Positions 1-12,996 of a stretch of DNA of 64,000 nucleotides are shown here, in pieces (the stretch's first letter is position 1; each line of letters starts with the position of its first letter). Made by a program: the position numbers and the translations under genes. The notes beneath the pieces were generated by a model. The model saw only the letters and a program-made list of their open reading frames with translations. It was not told where the DNA came from and did no database searches. Source of the DNA: Ophelia neglecta (taxonomy: Eukaryota); NCBI GenBank assembly GCA_965285935.1, contig OZ260665.1, positions 66,278,001 to 66,342,000 of the forward strand. The letters run 5' to 3'.

Positions 1-3000
1 GGAACATGATACCGAGTTGAGTGTTTGTCCAACATGAGTCCTCAAAGGATTGAGGAGGGGGACATTGGGCTTCAAAGTAATTAATTACAATATATCAACG
101 ACTAAAGCTGCACCTGGGCAAATGATTTGGGACGTAAAACGTTGCTAAAATGTTCGAAAGAATAACATTTTGTGGACCACATTAAACAGGGAAATTAGAG
201 GCCGAAAACTTGGGGGAAGTCCAAAGAAGGATCAAGAAAGATAGAAAGTTAAACGTCAGGTTTCCTGATGGGTCTTTGTCCTGAATGAATTACACAGAGG
301 CGGCAACATTAAAGCTTCACTGTGATCTTGTTCGACCAATATTTGACCGTTTTGCAGACACACAAGTAACATATGTCTGCTGTGAAAGTTACACATTGGA
401 CAAGGACAAACCGGAAGCCGACTTTGGCACTAGGAAAGGCTAATTTAATTTTTGAATTTGACACGTACTAAATTGGTATTGGTTTACGGAAATGCTAATA
501 CAATGAAAAGATCCCAATTTGGATTGAGACCCAGCATGCATGCTAATAGGCCCACTACTGAAGCAAAATGCTCACTCTACGTGTTTAAGAGGTCATGTTC
601 TTGCCGGCATATGTCCGTATGGATATATATTTACAGACTCGAGGTGCAGATTTGACGGTTACAGTTGTAGGAGCTGAGGCCTCAGCCATCTGTTTTAATT
701 TCCTGTTAAAGCTAGGACATGAGCACACTGCCACCTTCAACTTCTGTTTTGGGTCATTTGGTAGCTCCTAAGGCCATTTTCTGAGCTCCTAAACTTGTTT
801 ATTGCTTGGAAGTCGAGACATTCTTGGTTCCAAATTGTCTTGCTGGCATTGAAAATCGGCATTTAGCTGAGCTAATCACGTTTTACTGGTGAACATTCGG
901 TTTTATTTTCTGTTACGGATAAATGCGAACGATAAATGCCAAAGAAATTTAGCGGGCCAATATACTGTCCCATAACCGCCCCCCAAGGGACTCATATTAT
1001 TCTGTTATGCATAACGCAAAGCATCACTGCCGCCACTTTCACTTAGTGGTTGACATTTCGCCGGGGAACAATGATATTTAGTTGGCATATTTCAGCAATA
1101 AAGGCGACTGATTCTCCTAAAACGAATTCTCTCATATATTGGTCATTTGCAAGTATTACGGTTTTGTCCTTTTTTCTATGGCGCCTTTCAATCAAAAGAA
1201 ACTCCTTGTTACCTACTGGTAAAATTGTGCACTAGGAGACATATCAAACGCTCACCTATATTGCAATAAATGGACCCAACACAAAAAGGCAAAAAGTTTT
1301 TCACAGCACAACTGTATAAAATAAAATCTTAAAGCAAACGTTAGCAACCATAAAACAGGATGCAATCTCAACTGATAGGCCTATGTGAAGCAACACATAG
1401 CAAGAAGCCAGCAGGAATGCTTCATTGAAATATAAGGTAACGCTATTTCATTATAAATCTATCTGCCTGAGACACGTTGTTTCACCTCCTAAATACCTAT
1501 TTGCTGTAGAAGATGTCCCAATGGACACACTTATTTCCTTCAAACTCTCTGCGCTCCACTTACTCCAGGGGAAAGTGGTCCAATTTCTAGACTGTTCTTA
1601 GTGAAAACAGTTAAAATTTTTGAGGGATGTTAGATCTAAGGGTAGTTAGCAGGGTAGTTACGTTAAAACTCCTTTGGCAAAGCTGACGTTGCATTGGTGT
1701 CATTGAAACCAGTCCTCAGTGTACAATGACGAGCAGGTTAGAGCTACTTAAATCCACAGCTACCATAACAAATTCGAAGACCCAACTCTGTTTCCTCTCT
1801 CCTCACCTACCATACCCCCCCCCTCCCCTCCGATTCCAACATGATAGCACAGGCGCCGAACTATAATAAAGAAGAAGACGAAAAAAACACAAGCATTGGT
1901 CCCGGATGACTGTGCCATGAAATGGATGTTAAGACGACGTCACGACTGAGTGGGCGACAGGGACAGGTCTCTAAGGTGTTATTGATGTCAATGTCGGGGG
2001 CGCCATTTCCTGGATAAATTAATAACCAAATTAATAATCAACATGCCAGAGCCACAGCAATTGTCTCAGAAACCCAATTAAACCTTCCAAATGAGAATCT
2101 TATTATTTTGTCACATGACGTGGCCATCTGTGAAATTGGCGCGGGAATTCATTGCGACCCTGCAATGGAGAAGACTGTCAGCGGGCCAGCCGGAGAAGAT
2201 GGGGTCAGCCAGCGAAATGGGCCGACTCGGGGCCGTAAAGATTCACTCACATGCGTCTATATTGTCTCAATAACATGGCAGGAAGGGCGTAAAATCAATG
2301 GCGACACAGTGGGAATAGCTATCATTAGCAACATTCGCCTATCGGATGAATTCAATTTCCTTCGGTTTGATAGAATTTCAATTTTCTGCTATATTCACCA
2401 AGAACTTGCCCTGTGTGCCAGGGCAGCCAGCGTAAAACCAGAACTGGCGGGGCGAAAAACCCGTCGCTAGGCACCACATCGCTGCCATCGTCTGTGCCCA
2501 ACAGCCACTATACCTAGCTCAGCAATTTGTTCTGAATGGTTGGCGAATATCGTATGTAACCGCGTCCTCTGAATATTGTAATTATGATTTATATTGCCTG
2601 GGCCCGATTTAATTCCCTCGGCTCATCATTTGAAGCGGAGTAGCGACTTCGTGACAAGCCATTTGTCCGGGATTTTACGGGGAAATAAGCTTCCTCCATC
2701 ATCACCGCCGGAACTGGCTCGGACTGGAGTCAAGTCGTTCTCTCACCTCAGTTTAATCCGTTCAGATTGAAGGACATCCATTGCCGATGTCAGCTAAGCT
2801 CCAGAGAGCACATCTCCCAACTCGCAGACGAGACTAGAAATTTACTACTTGTCAAAATATCAATTTTCTCGCCAGCGATAGCAGTTAGCTGGTGGGACGA
2901 ATTCATTTATGGGCGCTGGTTCAATATCGTCATCGCCAAACTAGGGACCTTGGAGACTGGCAACATCGAGAAAACAATTACTTCTAGAGTACTGAATCTT

Positions 3001-4073
3001 ACGCCTACAATCCACAAGTGCGCAGTGTTATACTGATAGAACAGTCATTCTGTTCCGGGCAAATAAATAATTCACCTTAGCCTATAGTTGCGAAACCAGC
3101 TATTTTAAAGAGATGTTTGTGCGGGCACCAGGTAAAATATGTATTGTCTTGTGTTGTTCTAGAGGCTGTTCTGGTTTTGCCATCTGCTCTTTTTGTCAAC
3201 AGTAAGAAAAAAAAAGTTAATAACAGAGGTCCTGCTCTGAGAAAAGGCTTAAACCGTGTTAAATAAAGCGTATCCCTCATTTCAATCATTAGACATCTAG
3301 TAATGTGAATAGTTGACCTAATAGTTGATTATTATGAGCAGAAGTTAAGCCAGAACCAAACACGACGAGCTTGCGTACTGATGGACATGAGGTGGTCGGG
3401 ATGAAGTTTCAGGCAGTGACTTTTCCATTAAAAGCCCGTCTGGCTAGTTAATAGACTCTGTGACAATGATAGCTGGCAACCCCACTAATCCATTAACTAT
3501 GCAAAGAGAACTGGCCTGTCGATCTACAACACAGTGTCGTCTGCGATTCATATCCCCGCTACAGCCGCTCTGCGCTGGCATATAAGGTAGTTTACAGAGC
3601 ATCTGGTAACTCGCAGATTGAAAAGAAACTGTAATCCAACTAAAACATTATTGATTGATAGGGGGTGTAGGTCCCCATAGTGATTTTTCCTTCGAAATAT
3701 AGCACAAATTATTTACTTCATAGGAAGTTGGAGAAAAGGGGCCAATCGAAACCGGAAGTCAGATAGTGTTACCCAAAAACAATACCAAGTGGATGATACA
3801 GCCAATCGTCGACTTCTCACGTTTACTTAACAAATTTACACATCCCTTACCTGAACGCGTATGAAGATTACCTATTTTCATATGCGTTTTTGATCTGGTC
3901 GATTAAGCGTCATAAGAATTACTTTATGAGTAGAAAAGAAACCAAGCGGACGCTAATGTAATTTCAGTTCTCAAATCAATAGCCATAATAGCACCAGCGG
4001 AACCAACATTGTGTAGTTTGGTGCCGAAATGGCTGTAGGTTCCTGTCTTAGTATATCAAACAAACTTTGTATT

Positions 4074-4097
4074 CCCCCCCCCCCCCCCCCCCCCCCC
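4074..4097. repeat. Poly-C tract
   Basis: About 24 consecutive C. Confidence 0.9.
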
Positions 4098-7005
4098 GCT
4101 CCTCCCCCTCCTCCTCAGACACATGCTGCAATGACGTCTGCTGGTGTAGTTGGCTTCAGTCACAGATGCTTAATCGAATAAATATCGATAATCTCCATTT
4201 AGTAAGTATCTTGACATTTAATGTGCTTCCACTTCCATTCCGGAAACGAGCAAAAAGATATAAGGAATATTGTACATTTGCATGAGAGGCATTTTCCTCT
4301 GCTGTGTTGTTGTCACAAAGTGGTCCAATGTGAATGTCGTATGTTATGCTGTTGTTTAAGACAGACCTATCGCCTTTTGACCCGTCTAAGATTCGATCTC
4401 TCCCACAAGGCTGTGATGGTCAATTGCAGAGTCCCTTGAGGCCAACAACTGAACAAAAGTTTCCTTTGTCTCATTTAGTTTAACACCGCCTTCCATGTGC
4501 ATAAGTGCGTAAGTGCATGGGAAGGGGTTCGAGTTCTTACGAATGTCGTGTGACGCTTTCATGGGTGTCGTGGGTGTTAAGTGTATTTCATTGTCCTTTT
4601 GTTTATATTCAACTAGAGGGTAATTAAATGCATATCTATTAATTCCAATAACAACATAAGTTATACACATGCATTTATCAACATATTATTCAATGGATTA
4701 AGGAACATGGATCCTCGTCAAAGTTTTCCGGATTAATGATATATAACAAAATACGCATGCAGTCGGTTATTGACAAATGGGACCCGTGTTCAAGAAATCG
4801 ACTTTCCTAGTAAATCCAAACTTCTTGGGCACACTCTGCAAATTTAATTTAGTACCCAACTTCTATGATGACATGCATCTGTTGCTGAACGATTGAGCAG
4901 TGCTAATTATATTAAACAACGAGTCAATCAAAGGCTCTTTAGAGGGAGTGATGTGTGATTGGTGGTGTCGACAAGGCACGGATACAGGACGAAAACAATG
5001 AGTGGGGCGTCGAGTAGGAAAACAAGAACTATTTGCGAAAGATGTGATAGAGATGAACAGCTTCCGGTTCGTGTGCTTCTGCAATGGCTGCGGCCTCATC
5101 AAAGTCATGATGCAGGGAGCAGATCATGCTACACTGGACCACTCATAACAGTTACAATCTATTATAAATGGCCGTTACTATACACAGAACCTCCCAGTAT
5201 TAGAGGCAAAAAAAAATTATCTGATATGTATGCCAATGAGTAACGTCTTAATATTAGATAAAATTGGCCTAGGGTCATATGTGCCCATTATTATAAAGCC
5301 ATGGTTCTACCGCAGTATAATAGGGTACTTCTACTCCCATGGCATGCAATATTTAACACTTTAAATCATGTTATCAGGAGCCAAACGCTTTTAACTTTTA
5401 ATGGATATAACCTGGATTAGCCATTGATACAAAAGTATAGAAACAAAGGTTTTGGTCGATATAGTTCAATAAGTTGATGATGGCATTTCTTTGTTGTACT
5501 CTTGCAGTTAATCAAATCGGATTTCATAGTTACCATTGATCAAGCGGTGAAATTCAAAAAAGTAAACTAAGAAGTGATAAGGTCAATGAGTAGCTGGTGC
5601 AGAGGGGTTTGGTCCACTTGAGGTACCACATAAAGCACCTGCTCCCCCGCCCCCCGCGTTCTAACCACCCCTAATGGAAGGGGGCGGCCTCTACGACCCC
5701 CAGTAAATCATCATAATAACTCTCACCCTGACGCACACCAAATCCTTATGCTTTTTAAATACTCTAAATCACCCAAACCAAAGCGCTGATGGCATTTTTA
5801 AGGTGAAAAAATACGGGTTAGCTGGACACATAATAAGCGATAAATTCATTAAATTCATAAGGCCCACCTTCACCAAACGGTGGGGTATTTTTCAAGTTCT
5901 GAATTACACGCAGTGTTTCTAGTTTTGCATGAAAACTTTCGAGGCATGCCACGGTGTTAATGTGCTTTGCTAATTGGTCTTGTCTGGCTTTGACAAACCA
6001 CCAGTCAAGAATAACGTACCGCTCTGACACACTGGGAGGTGACTTTCTAATGTAAAAATATCTATTTACAACTACTGAGAAAGGTTGAAAGATGTTTTGT
6101 TTGCGTATTTCTGTTTCAGTGTATAAAAGTATTTAATTTAGTGCTCCCAAAGTAAACATAGCATATTGCTTATTTCGAGTTGCTTACACGCTGCAACGAG
6201 TTAATAGGATTTCCTGTGCTAAAGGAATGATAATTGCTCGCGTTCATTGCTAGTTTTATGTGCTTTAACTAATTAACAATGAGCGCTGCCAGTTTTTATT
6301 TCCTTTGTAGATATACATTAGGCCTATGTCACACCTAATAGATCCTGAGATAACATAAGTCCCTTAGTAGTGGACGGAGGGTGTACTTTGCAACTAAGTT
6401 GTGCTAGCTCGAAATTGAATCGAGGCCCGGCTTCTCCCTGAAGTGAAAACGCTATTAATTTTAATAAAATCGAGCGTCGACAGGGCTAATATATCGAGCG
6501 AGACTGGAGCCGATAGAGCAGCGTCGATCCTCTGCTGGGAGCTGAGCTGTTGAATTTTGTGGGCGAGATGCGCCGGATATGGGACAGTTTATCACCGGGC
6601 CGGACCCTCGAGGTCAACCAGAGAGATTTCTATTCCAAATTCAATTTGAACCCTGATACCAGCGAGAGAACGATCAGGGTCGGTTACTCTCCATATTGCC
6701 GTAGTATAGCTCCAATGTCTCCCAAATTCTCTCTGCCAACACAAACCGCTAGATATGATATATGAACATGGACATCTTAAGTGATAACAAAGGGAATTGA
6801 TTCATAATTATTTCTTTCTGACACTCGTTCGTGATCACCAACCTGAGGTTTAAAGCCTCATCATATATTGCAGCACAGAGTCGATGGAGAATGAAGGAAA
6901 AAAATCCGTTTTGCAGCCACCAGCATTGTTGATAACTAGTCCTTGAGGTGTCTTAACTAGTGATACTACTTCCGGTTTACAAATCATAAAATGGCCGCAA
7001 AACAA

Positions 7006-7041
7006 CTCATCTCGTGGCTAATCTCATGGCTCATCTCCTGG
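7006..7041. repeat. 12-bp tandem repeat, 3 copies
   Basis: ctcatctcgtgg ctaatctcatgg ctcatctcctgg. Confidence 0.75.
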
Positions 7042-10000
7042 TTATACGGAACCCGTCTTTAATCACAATATGTGTCAATTGTCATCAAAGTTGAAAATTA
7101 CGCCTTTCAGGGACAAATCCATCACTTCCGGTTTACTAATGGATTCTTGGCGACATTTGGGGGAAAAATGGGGCCATTGTTGGCAATTTTTTGAGAAAAA
7201 AAAGTTTGTTTCATAGCTTTTGGAAAGGAAATATATTGTTTGGGCTGAAGTAAGAGAAGCGGGCCTGTTTTGCAAACACAAAACTCTCCATCGATTTGGA
7301 AAAAAATGCAAATACATTGTTTATAACAAAATTGAAGTAAAAACGATAATGGTGCGTCCCTAAGAATCCACGTTAACAGGTTTTCTGTCTTATTTGAACT
7401 CAATGAGGATAAACAAAATATGACAATTTTTTTGTGTGTTTAGAATATGGTCACCCAGTTACTCTTTAAAGATACATTATTTGTCAGTATGATCGAATCA
7501 TAAGCAAAGAGCAAGATAAATGTGAAACAAAAAAAAAATATTTAGGAATAGTATCACATGAACTTCATATGTTATTTGTTGCCAAAATTTGTCATTGGTC
7601 GTCAAGCAGGATGTGGCCATGTTTCGCTAAATGACAAAAGTTGTTTTCGCGCAATGGACATTTTTTTGGAATAATTTTAATAGGATACGAAAGAAATAAA
7701 TTGGAAATCATCGGCAACAGCAAGCAAGGCACTAGGCGCTGGGCTTAATGGTGTCCTCTACAAGGGAGTTGGACGCTCAAAGATGCCAATTTGATCTCGC
7801 ACGCCAGTGGTCTTAGATAGTAAAGTACCCGTCTTTTCTTTTACCTATGACGTCGTAATTGTTTGTAATTTGGCGTCTTTCAAAAGAAAAAAGACTGATT
7901 ATGCATATAAATTATTTACAATTATACTGTAACCAGTAATTTGGCGAAATTGCCTTCAAGTATTCATTACAGGAATGTCAGACGAGAAGAGAGTTAACTA
8001 TATCAGACAGCGCTTATTCAGAGTAATATCGTTTTAGACATCTTGGGGGGGGGGGGGGGGCGCCTAAAACATATATCACTGAAATGTTTTCTGCTGCTAT
8101 TGAAATAATGACATTTTGTTATCAAGTGAAAGTACTTACTACTATGAATTGCCTTGACTGTGCTTTCACTGAAGTTTGTCAACGTTCATAAATAACAGTC
8201 TAATTAGGATGACAATTTATCACGGCTGCCAGATAGGACAATAAGAAATTACGAGTCTAGGATCAAATCAAGATTGGCCCTGTGAAGGAATGCAAAAGAA
8301 ATGATATTATTGGGTCATCTCCGTTGGAGAGGTCGCGACACCAAACGTGGTCCCCCTAAACTAGACCTACCTCCTTGACGAGATCCACCCCTCTCGTTTT
8401 ACCCAATTACCGAGTAGTTTTGACAAGGGTATTCATTTCCTCTGACACATGTCAAGATGTCGCCTGCAGCTCCTTAAATTGATACTTCAATCCTCTCCGT
8501 GCGTTTCTTTCTAGTTAAGTTTGGACTGACGGGAAGGCGCTAACCCATAATTAGGTAAGTGCATATGTCACTAGATAAAAACGGCAGGATTGTTTGTGCT
8601 GTTACTTTGCCTCCATAAATCATTTCCCGCCGCAAGTTGATTAAATTTTCATCACAAATCACCAGTTTCCACACGGTCGTAACGAACATTTCTTACCTTA
8701 TCTTAGTCGCCAGTCACATAAATAGAAAACAAGAAGGTGACTTCGTGCGACTCATATTGGCGTTTCAAGCCTGAAGCTAAAATATCCGCCGTAGACATGA
8801 TAGATATGTCTCTTTATGCAAAATGAAAAACGAACCATTATGTTAAGGGCGTTCCCAAAGCATTAACTGATATCAGGCTTACTCATGTACTGTTTTTTAA
8901 GGATTTATTAATTGAAAACTTACAGCGCAAATTAACGTAAAACAGCTTTATGCCGAACAGTATTGCGGGAGTGGCCGTTTAACTCGATGTTAAGACATGC
9001 CATACACTAAGCCAATAACATGGAATTTCTAATGTTCATTCATTTATGTGGAATGCAAAGATATAATTTATATTTCAAATTTCGGAACAACGTGATTATA
9101 ATTCATTAAAACGATAGAGTTTTAAATGGTTTAATGAATACCAGATTTGTTATCACTTTTTGTTTGCCATAGTTACAAAATGTGAACATCATTTAATGGG
9201 AAATTTAATATCCTGAAAACAGATTGCTATCGCGCAATCAGTATCAAACGCGAAATAAATTCTCCACCAACAAAAGGGAAAGTTTCACAATATTCAGAGT
9301 AACAAACAGATGCCCAAACTTAATTATTGCCATCCGTTTCGGATCTCTGTAGGAGAGGAGATTGTACTTTATTTAGGATTTTTGATCAAGCCAATCTTGA
9401 CAGCCAGCTATTAGTTTGTCACTTGCAGTTTCCTTATTCCACCCGCTGTCACACCATAGAAAACGAAATAGACTGACAAAAACATATAATTTCCGTGGTT
9501 GGACAGACGCGACTTTACAAGGTACAAAGGTTTTTATCGTAGATATGCGCTCCTCCCCTCCGCTACAAACCTATCATTACATTCAATTTGATCAGCATGA
9601 GGAGGATAGGCAAGACAGGCTATTTGCCAGCCGTGGGGTCGCGGGGGACCTTACAATAGCTATTTATCACGTAAACGAGGCTATATATTGTCAGAGAGTT
9701 GCTTATTATTTGGCCCCTAGCCTACCTTTATATCTGATACCAGAGAGCAGTCAATGGATCACTTATACCTGACTTAGTATCCAAACAGTCATTACAAGTG
9801 GAAAAGAACAGATAAAAGAAACAGCTTGAGGCGGTCATGATTTTGGTGTCTTTCCCTTTGAGTTTTTCCCAGTTTGAATTTACCCAACTAATACAAATTG
9901 TAGGTTTCAAATAGGCCAAAATATATTCCCGCCTTTCTTCCCTTCAGTTTAAATATGCATGTTTTTTCTCATTAAAAAGAGGTTTTTTTGTATATGGCAT

Positions 10001-12705
10001 CGAGATGCGCTCTTTCCGACCGAAGTTACTACTAGGCAATTTATACATTGTTTAAATCGAAACATTCGACATGATGTCCGGCTGGTCATTATTCTAATAA
10101 GGGTAGGCTTACGGCCTTCGCCAGAATTCTGGGTAATTTGCCTCAGATTTCAATGTCGTCTGCCCGATTCGATCCGCAAAGCCTCAGTATCATTCGGTAT
10201 TCCGTCCCCTAATGATTTTCATTACTGCAAACTTAGATGGATCGACGAGATATTGGAAAATTTATAGCTTTCTCCCATCCGCGGTGTTAATTCATTTGCA
10301 GCAGCGCGACACCGGTAATCCCGCAAATCAAAAACCAAACTCTATCAAGCGAAGTTCTCATCGCCTAAACCTCAGACATGATTCGGTATTCAGCCTCCAC
10401 GACAACTTGGATTAATTCTTTCGAGATAGCAAATTGGAAAATTTGCCTAAATTACATCACGGCGGATTGAGCAGCCTGCCGATCGTGATTTCTGATAATA
10501 GAAATTGAATTTTAAGGGCTCTGACTCGAAATTTGTAAAATGGATGTCAGGCAGTGTCGACCTTTCTTTAGTGCTTCGATAACCCCGTTCCTTTATAAAT
10601 CGTTGTAGAAAGCAAAGACGACCACAGAGGTTTTACAGCTAGAGTCCTAGCTTATTATTAGTCTGATCAGTATGTATAAGTATACCGTGGTCTACAACTG
10701 GTATCTACTGAAATAGGCAGCCAAAAGGGATAAAAAACCTAGTTATAATTAAATCCTTCAATGTCGTTATTTCATATGGCATGTATAGGTGCGGGCCCTT
10801 CCCTCGTGTATTTAATTTATTTAATTCACAATACACAATACACATAACCTTAAACTGGCCATTAGGGATTATCAATAATGCATGTTCTCATCTTTTTGTG
10901 GTGAATTTCTTGAGAACTGATTTTTTTTAATGTGTTTTAGACAAATTAGGAATATCTTGTCATTGTGAACAGTGTGTTCCTCTCACCGGTTATCTCCTAA
11001 AAACACTTGAAAACACACCATTTTCCCATGATTTTGATTCTCCATTCTTGTTTGTAATCTTAGGAGACTTGACTGGGTGTGGCTCCTGTGTCCTGTCAAT
11101 TTCACGCATCGAAGATCCGGCGGGGGAGACAAAGCAGGCGGCATCTGCTTTGTAATTAAAAGACAATATCAGCGGCATCAGATTGTAATGGGACGTAAGT
11201 CTGCTCGGCAATACCGTCTGACTCGGAGAAACACTGATTTAATTAGTGTTTATCTCAATTAACAATCGCTACTTTTGATTCGACCGGCAATATTAATGAT
11301 ATTTTGCAGATTTTGTTATGAATCGAAGATCTTGTGTCACATGCTGGTCAAATTAGTGTCATTCTGATCAAGATTCCTGTCCATAGTAACGTCGCTGGCT
11401 TGCATACCACACCAACTACAGGAAATTCGAGAGCATATGCCGAATCTTGCCTTATGGCGCTCTCGGCGGAAAGAAAAAAGTCTATTTAAGCGGAAAACTG
11501 TCACTCAAAAGTAAGCAGTTAATTATAAAGACACAAAACAAGTGAAGGAGAGCAATTAAGTGGATCTTCAACGATAAATTATTCACCAATTTCTGATCTC
11601 CGATTGTGGCTTGTGGCAGCTGAGGGGGAGGACAAGCCAGTGACATCACGACACCTTGCCATGGCTATCAAAATATCATCATTAAGAAATATAGCGACTT
11701 ATTTGAGTACTTTGTATGCGATAGCATAATTAAATTACAATAAAAATGAAAGAAGGCAGTTATTAGAACGCAGATGAAAAGCTTGTTGGACAGTAAGGGT
11801 GTGTCCTAGCTCCAAGACGGATGACAAATTCCTCGGAGGCTACGGGTTATATCTAAGCATGAGTGTCCTGCACAATTAACTATTAATCCCTCATTAATCT
11901 TTAAACAAAAGCATCTAGATAGAAAGTTAAGTCCATCTAATCACCACTAAAATTTGAAACAATCTTTACAGGGGGTTTTGTTAGATTAGGCGTTACCATA
12001 TAAAGGAGGTTCGCACGTGCCTTGCTTGAGGTTTGGTTTGCCTGGGATCCTTTTTATAGTGTTAATTTTTGATCCTTTGCAGTTCAGATTAACATTCTAT
12101 ACTGTCCTTCTTTTATTTTATTTCTTGTGTGTATTGTTCTACCCACATCACCTAGTTTATAGTTCTAAACTCTCAGTGAAAAGAACTTATTTTTACATAT
12201 ACTAGATATTAACAAAAATAATATAGTTTTTTCAAATGCTCAAATAAGAATCTGTTTAAGAACTACACGTGCCTACCTCGTCATGAAAGCATGATTGTCT
12301 AGAATATAGAAGAATCATCTCCATTGCTTTGTTGATCCTAAATGCCTATTGATATTGAAAAATTAAATGAACGTTCAGATCAATAGTGCTACCACGCAAT
12401 AGAGTGGCAAGGCGAAAAGGGTCCTGCTATCATGTGGGCAAGCCAAGTTAACAACCTCTATATAGCATATTATAATGAAACACGATGTTTTGACTGTTTT
12501 TAAAAGTATTTCCTTGTCAATATTAATTCCTATTTTAACTTTCCGACACGGAATGCCTCCTGTCATTATGTTTCTGAAAGTAATGTATGTTTGTTGATTA
12601 ATAAGGTCAGCGTGCAGGAAAACGGTTGGATTTGGCAAATGTCGAGTTTAGTCTAATGCAAACTAACGTGTATAAACTTATTTTTCCTACAATATATTTG
12701 TATTC

Positions 12706-12719
12706 GTTGCCATGGAAAC
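12706..12719. promoter_or_regulatory. RFX X-box motif
   Basis: GTTGCCATGGAAAC matches the X-box near-palindrome GTTGCCATGGCAAC at 13 of 14 positions. Confidence 0.5.
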
Positions 12720-12981
12720 GGTTATTGAAATATGTTGCCCTTGAGATCTCATATAGGTCCACCAGCATCCTGGTTGACACTTCTCAATTGGTTTTAATTT
12801 CCCTCGTGTAACGAAGAATTTCAGCAAACATCACTAAGTCAGGTTCTCTTGACGTCTGCTGGCTTTTATTCTCATTTTATACTACAAAGGCATATGCCAG
12901 GGCCTTTGAAACAAGAGGGGTATATGTTGTATGACATTGGCTTTTAGTAATAGGAACGCATCTCAAACAACACCAGAGCCA

Positions 12982-12996
12982 CCACCAGGGGGCATC
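12982..12996 (+). promoter_or_regulatory. CTCF-like binding site
   Basis: CCACCAGGGGGCATC closely matches the CTCF core CCACYAGRKGGCRS. Confidence 0.55.
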
